From NCBI GenBank assembly GCA_964591495.1, contig CAZQEW010000001.1, positions 5,503 through 69,502 of the forward strand: 64,000 nucleotides of DNA, read 5' to 3'. Below, piece by piece: positions 25,924 to 35,652 of this stretch (within the stretch, counting starts at the first letter, position 1; every line of letters begins with the position of its first letter). Source of the DNA: an uncultured Klebsiella sp. Lineage in GTDB: Bacteria; Verrucomicrobiota; Verrucomicrobiia; Limisphaerales; SXTU01. The position numbers and the translations under genes were made by a program. The notes beneath the pieces were generated by a model. It ran no database searches. It had not been told where the DNA came from and saw only the letters and a program-made list of their open reading frames with translations.

Positions 25924-27152
25924 TGCAATCCGCTGCGGACAAACCTCTCGTCGCCATCGCCTGCGGTGGCACGGGCGGCCACCTCTTTCCGGGTATGGCG
26001 GTCGCACAGGAACTGGTCCGCCGCGCCTGTGACGTGCTGGTGCTGGTTTCGCCCAAGGAAGTGGACCAGCAGGCGGTTCGGGCCGCGCGTGATGTGCAGG
26101 TCGCCACACTTCCTGCGGTCGCCCTGCAAGGCAACCCGATCGCATTCGCCCGCGCGTCCTTTGCTTCGTATCAGGCCGCCAAACAACTTTTTGTTTCGCG
26201 TTCACCCCGGGCCGTGCTGGCGATGGGCGGGTTCACCAGTGCGCCGCCCGTGCTGGCCGGAAAAAAACTTGGGGCCAGGACTTTCCTTCACGACTCGAAC
26301 ACCGTTCCCGGTCGTGCCAACCGTTGGTTGGCCCATGTGGTGGATGAGGCGTTTGTTGGGTTCCCGCAGGCGGCGCACCGGCTTTGGATTCAGCGCCATG
26401 CTGTCACGGGCACGCCGGTGCGGGAGCAATTCGCGCCGGCGGATCCCTCGAGTTGTCGCATGGCGCTGGGCCTTGATGCGCATCGACCCACGATCGTCAT
26501 AACCGGTGGCAGCCAGGGGGCAACCGGCTTGAACGACCTCGTCCTCGCGGCCGTGCCCGAGTTGGCCGCACGTCACTCAGACTTGCAGTTTCTGCACCTG
26601 ACCGGCCCAAACGACGTGGAAAGGGCGCGGGCAGTTTACGCACGGTGCAAAGCCCGGGCCGTGGTGCAGCCCTTTCTCACGGAAATGGAACTGGCGCTGG
26701 GCGCGGCCACCCTGACCATCAGCCGGGCGGGCGCCTCCTCTCTGGCTGAATTGGCCGCGATGCGCGTGCCGGCCATCCTCGTGCCGTTGCCGACCTCGGC
26801 TGATGACCATCAACTGCACAACGCGCGTGCCTTCGCTGACACCGGTGCAGCGCGGTTGGTCCCGCAGCGCACCACTTCGCCAGCCGGACTGATTGCGCTC
26901 GTCAGCAGCCTGCTCACTGATGCCGGTGCACGGGGGCAGATGAAGGCTGCCCTTGCCCAGTGGCACCAGCCAGCGGCGGCGGCGGACATTGCGGAGCGCA
27001 TCCTGCGCGCGTGTGGCTTGCCAGCCTTGGCTCAGACGGATGACGAGGGCGCCGAGTGGCGCCCGCCCGCCCGCTTTGCCAAGTCCGGATCAAGGCGCGG
27101 AACCGGGGCCGTTGCTGCGGTTCGTGACCAGTTGGAATCGGCACCCTCATGA
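25923..27152 (+). CDS. murG: UDP-N-acetylglucosamine--N-acetylmuramyl-(pentapeptide) pyrophosphoryl-undecaprenol GlcNAc transferase
   Basis: The in-frame ATG at 25923 overlaps the ftsW TGA (TGATG). It gives MQSAADKPLVAIACGGTGGHLFPGMAVAQEL and later GGSQGA...RAGASSLAELAA. The track ORF 25629..27152 is an artefactual upstream extension. A C-terminal tail of about 50 aa extends beyond typical MurG. Confidence 0.9.
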   Translation: MQSAADKPLVAIACGGTGGHLFPGMAVAQELVRRACDVLVLVSPKEVDQQAVRAARDVQVATLPAVALQGNPIAFARASFASYQAAKQLFVSRSPRAVLAMGGFTSAPPVLAGKKLGARTFLHDSNTVPGRANRWLAHVVDEAFVGFPQAAHRLWIQRHAVTGTPVREQFAPADPSSCRMALGLDAHRPTIVITGGSQGATGLNDLVLAAVPELAARHSDLQFLHLTGPNDVERARAVYARCKARAVVQPFLTEMELALGAATLTISRAGASSLAELAAMRVPAILVPLPTSADDHQLHNARAFADTGAARLVPQRTTSPAGLIALVSSLLTDAGARGQMKAALAQWHQPAAAADIAERILRACGLPALAQTDDEGAEWRPPARFAKSGSRRGTGAVAAVRDQLESAPS

Positions 27153-28108
27153 TCTGCGCTGAGAGCATCACGACGCCTGCGTCTGCGGCACTTGCTGCGG
27201 AACTCGGCACGTTGCTGGACCCCGCGTCGGTTCTGCGACGGGACGAGCCGCTCGCCAAGCGCACCACCCTGCGCGTGGGTGGCCCGGCGGAGGTTTATGT
27301 TGAGCCAGCGAATGAGCTCGAGCTGGCAAAAGTTCTGCGCTTTTGCCGCGACCGGGACGTGCCGTTCTTCCTCCTTGGGCGGGGCTCCAACCTGCTCATC
27401 CGTGACGGCGGCATCCGCGGCGTTGTGATCCACCTCGGTGCCCCCGCCTTTTCGCGGATTGAAGTGGAAGGCGAACAGCTCCGCTGCGGCGCGGGCGCGA
27501 AGCTGAAGGACATCGCGCTTACGGCGAAGCGCCACGAAATCGGGGGGCTCGAATTTTTCGAGGGTATCCCCGGGAACCTGGGGGGCGCCCTTCGCATGAA
27601 CGCGGGTGCGATGAACGGTTGGACCTTTGATGCGGTTGAGTCGCTCCGCTTCATGGACTACGCCGGTGCGGTCCATGAGTGTTCCGCCCGCGAGGTGGAG
27701 ACGACCTACCGCAGTTGCCCGTTGCTCAAGTCTGCCGTCGCCCTTGGCGCAGTGCTGAAGGGCCGGCCCGCGCCCCGCGAGCAGATCGAGGTGAAACTTG
27801 CCGAGTGTCAGCAAAAGCGTTGGACCTCCCAGCCCAAGGAACCAAGCGCCGGCTGCGTCTTCAAGAACACCAAGGTCAGCCCGGCAGGCAAACTCATTGA
27901 TGAGCTGGGACTCAAGGGCACGCGCGTCGGTGGTGCGGTGGTGTCGGACATCCACGGCAACTTCATCATCAATGACGGCACTGCCACCGCTCGGGATGTG
28001 CTGGCGCTCATTGCACTCATCCGCCGCACGGCCCGTGAGCGGCGTGGCGTCGAACTGGAAACTGAAGTCGAAATCGTGGGGGAGGACTTGCCATGTCTGA
28101 CAAACTGA
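27149..28108 (+). CDS. murB: UDP-N-acetylenolpyruvoylglucosamine reductase
   Basis: ORF 27149..28108 (ATGA overlap with murG). TTLRVGGPAEVYVEP...LLGRGSNLLIRDGGIRGVVI...GSVFKN-like SAGCVFKN. Confidence 0.9.
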   Translation: MICAESITTPASAALAAELGTLLDPASVLRRDEPLAKRTTLRVGGPAEVYVEPANELELAKVLRFCRDRDVPFFLLGRGSNLLIRDGGIRGVVIHLGAPAFSRIEVEGEQLRCGAGAKLKDIALTAKRHEIGGLEFFEGIPGNLGGALRMNAGAMNGWTFDAVESLRFMDYAGAVHECSAREVETTYRSCPLLKSAVALGAVLKGRPAPREQIEVKLAECQQKRWTSQPKEPSAGCVFKNTKVSPAGKLIDELGLKGTRVGGAVVSDIHGNFIINDGTATARDVLALIALIRRTARERRGVELETEVEIVGEDLPCLTN

Positions 28109-29001
28109 ACATCACGGTCATGTTGGGCGGCCCGAGCGCCGAGCGCGAAGTGTCGCTGCGCACCGGCGCTGCGGTGGTTGCGGCGTTGCGCGCCAACGGC
28201 CACATCGTCCACGAACTGGACCCCCCGGGCGCAGGGCAGTGGACCCTGCCCGCCGGCACGCAGGTGGTTTTCCTCGCGTTGCACGGCACTTACGGCGAGG
28301 ACGGGACGGTTCAGCGTGAGCTGGAGGCGATGAAGGTGCCCTACACCGGGTGCGGTCCCGAGGCGAGCCGGCTCGCCTTCGACAAGGTGCTGACCAAGCA
28401 AAAGTGCATTGCCCACGGAGTGCCCACGGCAAAGTCCATGACCTTCCAGACCCCGGATGCCCCTTGGCCGGCTGGCTGGCAAACGCCTGTCGTGCTCAAG
28501 CCGGTGCGGCAGGGCAGCAGCGTGGGTTTGCAGTTCGTGGACGCCCCGAATGAGTTTTCCGCAAAGCTCGCTGAATCCCTCAGGTTTGACTCCGAGGTCC
28601 TCATGGAGGAGCGGATCATCGGCCGCGAGACGACCGTGGGCATTCTCGCCGGGCGCGCCCTGCCGGTGGTCGAGGTGCGGCCCAAACAGGGAAGCTACGA
28701 CTACGCGAACAAATATACCGCCGGGGCCACGGAGTATTTCTGTCCGGCGGATTTCGATGCGGCGACCACGGCGCGCATCCAGGACGCGGCCTACGCGGCG
28801 TTCAGCGCGATTGGCGGCCGAGATTATGCGCGTGTGGATGTGATGGTGCGCGCCAATGGCGATCCGGTGGTGCTGGAAGTCAACACGTTGCCCGGCATGA
28901 CCGCCACCAGTCTGCTTCCGAAGGCTGCGGCCGCTGCCGGCCTCAGCTACAACGAACTCTGCCAGCTGATGGTGGACCTCGCGCTCCGGCGCGGCGTGTA
29001 G
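28093..29001 (+). CDS. ddl: D-alanine--D-alanine ligase
   Basis: ORF 28093..29001 (16-nt overlap with murB). VMLGGPSAEREVSLRTG...LHGTYGEDGTVQ..LE...PYTG...KP...GSSVG...EVNTLPGMT. Confidence 0.9.
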   Translation: MSDKLNITVMLGGPSAEREVSLRTGAAVVAALRANGHIVHELDPPGAGQWTLPAGTQVVFLALHGTYGEDGTVQRELEAMKVPYTGCGPEASRLAFDKVLTKQKCIAHGVPTAKSMTFQTPDAPWPAGWQTPVVLKPVRQGSSVGLQFVDAPNEFSAKLAESLRFDSEVLMEERIIGRETTVGILAGRALPVVEVRPKQGSYDYANKYTAGATEYFCPADFDAATTARIQDAAYAAFSAIGGRDYARVDVMVRANGDPVVLEVNTLPGMTATSLLPKAAAAAGLSYNELCQLMVDLALRRGV

Positions 29002-29024
29002 GCCATTCAAACCTTCGCCCAGTC

Positions 29025-29999
29025 ATGCTCCAAAACATCACCCGGCTGCTCAAAGGGAACCGCCGCCTGCACCGCGAGAATCAGAACGTGCTCCGCGTGA
29101 AGCTTCGCACCGACCAGCTGCAGGCTGCGCGGGCGCGCTTCGTCATGCAGGGGCTGACCGTTCTGTTCGTCGCGGCGGTAGTTCTGTTCCTGGGCTGGCG
29201 CGGGGTGGACTGGGCGGTGCGTGAGTTTGTCATGGAAAACCCCGCGTTCGCGACCAAGGTCATTGATTTGCAGACGGATGGCATTCTCACCGTTGAGTCG
29301 CTCCGCAACATCGCTGGCGTCCGGGTGGGCCAGAACCTGATGAGTCTTGACCTTGCCCGCATCAAGCGGGATCTCGAATTGCGTGACTACATCCAGTCCG
29401 CCGCCGTCGAGCGCGTGCTGCCGGACACCCTCCGCATCCGAGTGATGGAACGCGTGCCGGTGGCCCAGACAGTTGTCACCCGACAGGAGAACGGACGATT
29501 CGCTCATCTGCCGCACCTGCTGGATGCCGGAGGGTTTGTGATGGTGCCGCCGAACCGGGCCATGGTCGCCGATCCCACCGCCCTGCAAATCGATTGGCTC
29601 CCGGCCCTCGTGGGGGTGAATCCGGTTGACCTCAAGCCCGGCCGGCAGGTTGAGTCTGCGCAAGTCCGGGCTGCTTTGCGGCTGCTCCAGCACTTCGAGC
29701 GTTCCTCCATGTTTGGCCGGTCGGACATCCGGCGCGTGGACGTCTCAGGCATCGAGGTGCTGACCGTCACGACTGCGACCGGTGGCGAGATCACCTTTGC
29801 CTCGAACCGGGATTTCGATGCCCAGCTCCGCCGCTGGCGGGCCGTGCAGGACGTTGCCACCCAGCAGGGCAAAGTTATCTCCACGCTCGACGTTTCCATC
29901 TCGCAGAACCTGCCGGCCCGGTGGGTCGAGGCCAGCACCGTGCCGGCTCCGCCCGCCAAACCGGCCAAACCCGCGCCCTACCGGAGGAAAAATGCTTAA
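29025..29999 (+). CDS. ftsQ: Cell division protein FtsQ (POTRA domain)
   Basis: ORF 29025..29999. It has a TM (GLTVLFVAAVVLFLGW) and POTRA-like IDLQTDGILTVESLRNIAGVRVGQNLMSLDL..IKRDLE....IQSAAVERVLPDTLRIRVMERVPVA. Confidence 0.78.
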   Translation: MLQNITRLLKGNRRLHRENQNVLRVKLRTDQLQAARARFVMQGLTVLFVAAVVLFLGWRGVDWAVREFVMENPAFATKVIDLQTDGILTVESLRNIAGVRVGQNLMSLDLARIKRDLELRDYIQSAAVERVLPDTLRIRVMERVPVAQTVVTRQENGRFAHLPHLLDAGGFVMVPPNRAMVADPTALQIDWLPALVGVNPVDLKPGRQVESAQVRAALRLLQHFERSSMFGRSDIRRVDVSGIEVLTVTTATGGEITFASNRDFDAQLRRWRAVQDVATQQGKVISTLDVSISQNLPARWVEASTVPAPPAKPAKPAPYRRKNA

Positions 30000-31221
30000 C
30001 CTCTTCTTTCCCGACAAAGCCACTGTCATCGTCGGTCTGGAGATCGGCACCGCGAAAGTCGCCGCCGTTGTGGGCGAAGTCACCGAATCGGGCGGCGTCA
30101 ATGTCATCGGCATCGGCCAATGCCCGTCCCGGGGTGTGCGCAAAGGCGAGGTGGTCGACGCCGACCTCGCGGCCGAGGATGTCAGAAACGCCATCGTCGA
30201 GGCCGAAAAGTCAGCCGACGTGGAAATCGCCAGCGTGTATCTGAGCGTGACCGGTGGCCACCTGACCAGCCTCAACACACACGGCGTTTTTACCGCTGCT
30301 TCCGACGATCACGAGATTTCCCCCCCGGACGTGGGCGAAGTGCTGGCCAATGCCAAGGTTTTCAACCGGCCCTCCGAGAACACGGTGCTGCATGCGATTC
30401 GCCAGCATTTCACGCTCAACGGCCAGGCCGGCATCGCGGATCCCGTCGGGATGCTTGGCGGCAAGCTGGAACTGGACATGCACGTCGTCCACGGCGTCAC
30501 GACACGCCTGCAGAACCCGGTGCGCGTGGTCAAGGGATTGAACCTGGAAGTGGAAGAGTTGGTTTTCAGCGGACTCGCGTCCTCCCTCGCCTTGCTCGAC
30601 AATGAACAGAAGCAGATGGGGGTGCTGGTCGTGGATTTCGGCGCGGGCACGACAGAATACGTGGTCTATGCCGACGGCGTCATCAAGCACACCGGCATCC
30701 TGGCCGTGGGCGGCGATCACGTGACGAACGACCTCAGCTACGGGCTGCGCATGGCCCCCGCGCGCGCCGCGATGCTCAAAAAGGAGCACGGTGCCGCGAC
30801 CATCGAGGGGGCGGCAGGGCAGACGCTTACGCTCACCAACGAGAACGGCTTCCCCGACCGCCGCGTGAATTTGGAGCATCTGCGGCGCATCATGGTTGCG
30901 CGGCTGGAGGAGACTTTCGAACTGATTGACGAGGACATCGGTGAAAAGGGTTTCCACGACCAGCTTCGGGCGGGCGTCTGTCTCTGCGGCGGCGGCGCAC
31001 GGATCCGGGGCATCGACGGACTGGCCTCGGACATCTTCGCCATGCCCGCCTGTGTGGGGCGGACCAGCGCCGTTGGCGGCCTGCGCTCCGCAACGGACGA
31101 TCCCGAACTTGCCACCGCCGTCGGACTCGTGAAATACGGTGCGATCCGGCAAAAGGCCCAGCGTCCGGGCGGAATTGTAGGCAAGCTCAAACACCTGGCC
31201 GGTTCCTTCGGGATTCTTTGA
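29992..31221 (+). CDS. ftsA: Cell division protein FtsA
   Basis: The in-frame ATG at 29992 within track ORF 29782..31221 overlaps the ftsQ end by 8 nt. MLNLFFPDKATVIVGLEIGTAKVAAVVGEV...VVDFGAGTTEYVVY...LCGGGARIRGI (actin-fold phosphate motifs). Confidence 0.9.
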   Translation: MLNLFFPDKATVIVGLEIGTAKVAAVVGEVTESGGVNVIGIGQCPSRGVRKGEVVDADLAAEDVRNAIVEAEKSADVEIASVYLSVTGGHLTSLNTHGVFTAASDDHEISPPDVGEVLANAKVFNRPSENTVLHAIRQHFTLNGQAGIADPVGMLGGKLELDMHVVHGVTTRLQNPVRVVKGLNLEVEELVFSGLASSLALLDNEQKQMGVLVVDFGAGTTEYVVYADGVIKHTGILAVGGDHVTNDLSYGLRMAPARAAMLKKEHGAATIEGAAGQTLTLTNENGFPDRRVNLEHLRRIMVARLEETFELIDEDIGEKGFHDQLRAGVCLCGGGARIRGIDGLASDIFAMPACVGRTSAVGGLRSATDDPELATAVGLVKYGAIRQKAQRPGGIVGKLKHLAGSFGIL

Positions 31222-31254
31222 CTTCCAGCTTGGGAAATTAACTCGCCCATCACC

Positions 31255-32607
31255 ATGACCACGATTGAATCCAACCCCGCTCCCGGCCCGGTCAAGAAAC
31301 AGCTCACCATCAAGGTGTTTGGCGTAGGCGGCTGCGGCGGCAACGTGGTCTCGCACATTGCCCGGGCGGGCTTCAGCGGCACGCAGTTGATCGTGCTCAA
31401 CACCGATTCGCAGGCGCTGTCGCAGTGCCCGCTGCCGCACAAGTTCAACCTCGGATTGAAGCTCAACGGCGGCCTCGGTGCCGGCGGTGACCCTGAGCGC
31501 GGCCGGGCGGCGGCGGAAGAAGACGAGGCACGCCTGCGCGAGCTGTGCACGGGCGTGGACATGGTTTTCATCTGCGCTGGCCTGGGTGGCGGCACGGGCA
31601 CGGGAGCGGGGCCGGTGCTTGCTCGCGTTGCCAAGGAATGCGGCGCGCTGTCGCTGGCATTCGTCACGCTGCCGTTTGATTGCGAAGGGCCGAAGCGGAT
31701 GCGGCAGGCGCGGCTGGGCCTGGAGGAATTCAAGGCTGCCGCCGACGGCGTCATCTGCCTGCCGAACCAGAAGGTCTTCAAGCTGATTGACGAGAACACC
31801 AGTGTTATTGAGACCTTCTCCACGACGAACGAGCTGCTGGCGCAGGGCGTGCGCGGGATCTGGCAGCTCGTCACGCGGCCGGGCTTCATCAACCTTGATT
31901 TCGCCGACCTCTGCGCCGTGGTGCGGGACCGTCATTCCGAAAGCTCGTTCGCCAGCGCCGAAGCCGCCGGCCCGCATCGTGCGAAGGAGGTTGTTGAGAA
32001 ACTCATGGCGAACCCGCTGCTCGACGGGGGGGCTGCGCTTGGCGAGTCGGATGCGCTGCTGGTCAGCCTCATGGGCGGGCCTGCGCTAACCATGGCCGAA
32101 GTCAACCGCGTGATGGAACAGATCAACCGGCATGCCGACAACGCCCACCTCATCATGGGCGCGGCCATCGAAGATGCGCTGGGAGATCGGATGACCGTGA
32201 CGCTTGTCGCTGCGCGCCGTCGGTCGCACGCCGCAGACCTGCCGAAGGATGTTGAGCCGGAGCCGGCGGCGGACCCTGGCATTGCCCCTTCGCCACGCGG
32301 CAATTCGGACGTTGAGCTGCTCGGCGCGGCCATCGCCAGCAAGCCGGTCATGCGCGCGGCGGCCACGAAGCCGGAGGCTGGGCGCGGGGTGGTTGGATTC
32401 GCCGCTCCCGAGCCGGAAGCCTCGCCGGTTGCCACCCTTGCGAGCACCCGCTCCTGGCGCTCCCGCAAGAAGGCCAAGGTGGTGCACCCCGAGCTTCAGT
32501 TGGAAACCGTCACCAAGGGCCCCTTCGAGCACAGCGAGCCGACGCTGCGCAATGGTGTGGACCTCGACGTGCCGACCTTCGTGCGGCGGGGCATGCCGAT
32601 GAACTAG
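31255..32607 (+). CDS. ftsZ: Cell division GTPase FtsZ
   Basis: ORF 31255..32607. IKVFGVGGCGGNVV and the tubulin signature GLGGGTGTGAGPV are present, followed by a long disordered linker and the C-terminal peptide DLDVPTFVRRG. Confidence 0.95.
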   Translation: MTTIESNPAPGPVKKQLTIKVFGVGGCGGNVVSHIARAGFSGTQLIVLNTDSQALSQCPLPHKFNLGLKLNGGLGAGGDPERGRAAAEEDEARLRELCTGVDMVFICAGLGGGTGTGAGPVLARVAKECGALSLAFVTLPFDCEGPKRMRQARLGLEEFKAAADGVICLPNQKVFKLIDENTSVIETFSTTNELLAQGVRGIWQLVTRPGFINLDFADLCAVVRDRHSESSFASAEAAGPHRAKEVVEKLMANPLLDGGAALGESDALLVSLMGGPALTMAEVNRVMEQINRHADNAHLIMGAAIEDALGDRMTVTLVAARRRSHAADLPKDVEPEPAADPGIAPSPRGNSDVELLGAAIASKPVMRAAATKPEAGRGVVGFAAPEPEASPVATLASTRSWRSRKKAKVVHPELQLETVTKGPFEHSEPTLRNGVDLDVPTFVRRGMPMN

Positions 32608-32675
32608 CCCGATTGGGCCGTGTGCCGCCCCGGAGGACTTCCCTTCATCCCGGCTTTGCGGCACTGTCCGCCCGC

Positions 32676-34835
32676 ATGAAAGCCCAGTCCGCCTCCCTGG
32701 CCGGCCTAACCTGCGTGGCCGCGCTGCTGCTCAGTTGCGCCAGCCCTACGCCCGCGCCCAAACTCACCATGTCCACCCGCCTCGCGTATCCCGCCACTGC
32801 CAAACAAGACGTCGTGGACGATTACCATGGGGTGAAAGTCGCCGACCCTTATCGCTGGCTGGAGGATGACAACGCGGCTGAGACCAAGGCCTGGGTCACC
32901 GCGCAGAACAAGGTGACGTTCCATTACCTCGACCAAATCCCCGAGCGCGCCAAGCTCCGCGAGCGGCTCACGAAGCTCTGGAACTTCGAGCGCTACGGCA
33001 TCCCGTTCAAGCAGGGCGGCCGCTACTTCTTCTCGAAGAACGACGGCCTTCAGAACCAGTCCGTGCTCTACGTGGCCGATTCGCTCGACGCCACGCCCCG
33101 TGTGCTGCTCGACCCGAACAAGCTTTCCTCCGACGGCACGGTCGCGCTCTCCGGCTACCGCATCAGCGAGGACGGCAATCTGATGGCCTACGGCCTCTCG
33201 ACCAGCGGCTCGGACTGGAACGAGTGGAAGGTGCGCGACGTGCGGACGGGCGCGGATTTGAGCGATCATTTGAAGTGGGTGAAATTCTCCGGGGCAAGCT
33301 GGACCAAGGACGGCAAAGGTTTCTTCTACTCGCGTTACGACGCGCCCAAGGAAGGCGACGCGCTCAAGGGCGTGAACAAGTTCCAAAAGCTCTACTTCCA
33401 CAAAATCGGCACGCCACAGAGCGACGACGTGCTCATCTACGAACGCCGCGACCAGCCGGACTGGGGCTTCGGCGGCAGCGTCACGGACGACGGGCGTTTC
33501 CTCATCATCTCCATCTGGCAGGGCACCGACCCGCGGAACCGCGTTTACTACCGCGACCTCACCCGGCCCGACGCGCCTATCGTGAAGCTGCTCGACGACT
33601 ACGACGCGGACTACAGCTTCGTGGACAACGACGGCGGCGTGTTCTGGTTTTACACCGACCTGAAGGCCCCGCGCGGCCGCGTCATCGCGATTGACACCGC
33701 CAACCCCGACCGCGCGCAGTGGAAGGAAGTCATTCCGCAGGCCACCGAGACGCTCAAGGGCGTGAACCTCGTCGGCGACCAGTTCATCTGCACCTACCTC
33801 AAGGACGCACGCGGGCAGGTGAAGCGCTTCGCCCGCGATGGCAAACCGCTCGGGGAAGTGGCCTTGCCCGGACTCGGCAGCGTGGGCGGCTTCGGCGGCA
33901 AGCGCACGGACAAGGAAACTTTCTACTCGTTCACCAGCTTCACCACGCCCGGCACGATTTACCGCTACGACGTGACGAGCGGCGCGAGCAGCGTCTTCCG
34001 CGCGCCGCGGGTGGACTTCGACTCTGCGCGCTACGAGACCAAACAGGTCTTCTACCCAAGCAAGGACGGCACGCGCGTGCCGATGTTCCTCACGCACAAG
34101 AAGGGCCTGAAGCTCGACGGCTCCAACCCGACGTATCTCTACGGCTACGGCGGCTTCAACATTTCGCAGACACCGGGCTTCAGCGTGAGCATGGCCGTGT
34201 GGCTCGAACTCGGCGGCGTCTATGCCGTGGCGAACCTGCGCGGCGGCGGCGAATACGGCGAGGACTGGCACCAGGCCGGGACCAAGCTGAAAAAGCAGAA
34301 CGTCTTCAACGACTTCATCGCGGCGGCGGAGTGGCTCATCGCGAAGAAATACACGTCACCCGCGCGGCTGGCCATCGCCGGCGGCAGCAACGGCGGCCTG
34401 CTCGTGGGCGCGTGCATGACCCAGCGGCCCGACCTCTTCGGCTGCTGCCTCCCCGCCGTGGGCGTGATGGACATGCTGCGCTTCCACAAGTTCACCATCG
34501 GCTGGGCGTGGACCAGCGACTACGGCAGCAGCGAAAAGGCCGACGAATTCAAGGCGCTCTATGCCTACTCGCCCTACCACAACCTAAAGCCCGGCGTGCG
34601 CTACCCCGCGACGCTCGTGACCACCGCCGACCACGACGACCGCGTGGTCCCGGCGCACAGCTTCAAGTTCGCGGCGCGGTTGCAGGAGTGCCAGAGCACG
34701 CTCGGCGCGCCCGTGCTCATCCGCATCGAGACCAAGGCCGGTCACGGTGCGGGCAAGCCCACGGCCAAGCTCATCGAGGAGGCGGCGGACAAGCTGGGCT
34801 TCGTGGTGCGGGAGCTGGCGGTGGAGATGAAGTGA
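32676..34835 (+). CDS. Prolyl oligopeptidase (S9A), lipoprotein
   Basis: The track ORF 32613..34835 contains an ATG at 32676 giving the signal/lipobox MKAQSASLAGLTCVAALLLSC. YPATAKQDVVDDYHGVKVADPYRWLED is the classic POP N-terminus, with catalytic GGSNGGLLVGA ... DHDDRV ... GHG. Confidence 0.9.
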   Translation: MKAQSASLAGLTCVAALLLSCASPTPAPKLTMSTRLAYPATAKQDVVDDYHGVKVADPYRWLEDDNAAETKAWVTAQNKVTFHYLDQIPERAKLRERLTKLWNFERYGIPFKQGGRYFFSKNDGLQNQSVLYVADSLDATPRVLLDPNKLSSDGTVALSGYRISEDGNLMAYGLSTSGSDWNEWKVRDVRTGADLSDHLKWVKFSGASWTKDGKGFFYSRYDAPKEGDALKGVNKFQKLYFHKIGTPQSDDVLIYERRDQPDWGFGGSVTDDGRFLIISIWQGTDPRNRVYYRDLTRPDAPIVKLLDDYDADYSFVDNDGGVFWFYTDLKAPRGRVIAIDTANPDRAQWKEVIPQATETLKGVNLVGDQFICTYLKDARGQVKRFARDGKPLGEVALPGLGSVGGFGGKRTDKETFYSFTSFTTPGTIYRYDVTSGASSVFRAPRVDFDSARYETKQVFYPSKDGTRVPMFLTHKKGLKLDGSNPTYLYGYGGFNISQTPGFSVSMAVWLELGGVYAVANLRGGGEYGEDWHQAGTKLKKQNVFNDFIAAAEWLIAKKYTSPARLAIAGGSNGGLLVGACMTQRPDLFGCCLPAVGVMDMLRFHKFTIGWAWTSDYGSSEKADEFKALYAYSPYHNLKPGVRYPATLVTTADHDDRVVPAHSFKFAARLQECQSTLGAPVLIRIETKAGHGAGKPTAKLIEEAADKLGFVVRELAVEMK

Positions 34836-34890
34836 GCTCCGCACCGAACGACACGTTGTCAGCCCGTTCTCCTTCGTTTAGGTTGCCGAC

Positions 34891-35136
34891 ATGGTCATCA
34901 CGCTGCCCGACCACCTCAAGCCGCTCCACGGCCTGAGCGAACGCCAAATCCTCGAGGATTTGGCCGTGTCCTTCTACGCCGCGCGGCGGGTCACGCTGGT
35001 GCAGGCGGCGGATTTGGCAAGGAAGAGCCTGTTCGATTTCCAAGCCCTGCTGCGTGACCGCCGCATCCCGCTGCACTACGACGAGGCGGATTTGGAGCAA
35101 GACCTCACCGTCCTGCGCGAACTGCCGCCCAAGTGA
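34891..35136 (+). CDS. UPF0175-family antitoxin
   Basis: ORF 34891..35136 (81 aa). SERQILEDLAVSFYAARRVTLVQAADLARKSLFDFQALLRDRRIPLHY matches the UPF0175 pattern. It is paired with, and overlaps (GTGA), a PIN-like gene. Confidence 0.72.
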   Translation: MVITLPDHLKPLHGLSERQILEDLAVSFYAARRVTLVQAADLARKSLFDFQALLRDRRIPLHYDEADLEQDLTVLRELPPK

Positions 35137-35615
35137 TTGTCGTCGCGGACACGTCCGTCATCCTCAACCTGTGCCGTGTCCAGCACGAGCACCTGCTGCC
35201 GCCGCTGTTTGGCCGCGTGCTCATTCCACACGAGGTCGCGACTGAATTTGTGCGGTTGGCGGGAGTGGATGTCCGTTTCGCTGGACTGCAACTACCCGCG
35301 TGGATCGAACAAATGACTGCGCCTCCCCCACCGGCGGTCGTCATTCAGGCGAACCTCGACACAGGGGAGACGGCGGCAATTTCCCTTTGCCTCGTCAATT
35401 GTGCTGACGCGTTGCTGATGGACGAGACCCTTGGCCGTGCAGTGGCGGCCCAGCTTGGACTCAAGGCCGTGGGCATTCTCGGCATCGTCCTGGCGGCTCG
35501 GCGGCAGGGGTTGATCGGTGCAGTTGAGCCGGTGCTGGATCGTTTGGAACGAGATGCGGGCTTCTGGATTGCGCCCAGTCTTCGCCAGCGAGTCTTGGCG
35601 CTGGCTGGCGAGTGA
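35133..35615 (+). CDS. DUF3368-family PIN-like toxin
   Basis: ORF 35133..35615 (160 aa). MIVVADTSVILNLCRV...LIPHEVATEF...DTGETAAISL...LLMDETLGRAVAAQLGLKAVGILGIVLAA is a PIN-like acidic-residue pattern typical of DUF3368 partners of UPF0175. Confidence 0.72.
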   Translation: MIVVADTSVILNLCRVQHEHLLPPLFGRVLIPHEVATEFVRLAGVDVRFAGLQLPAWIEQMTAPPPPAVVIQANLDTGETAAISLCLVNCADALLMDETLGRAVAAQLGLKAVGILGIVLAARRQGLIGAVEPVLDRLERDAGFWIAPSLRQRVLALAGE

Positions 35616-35652
35616 GTGCGATGCTTGCTGGCTTGTGCCGGCGGCTTTGCCC

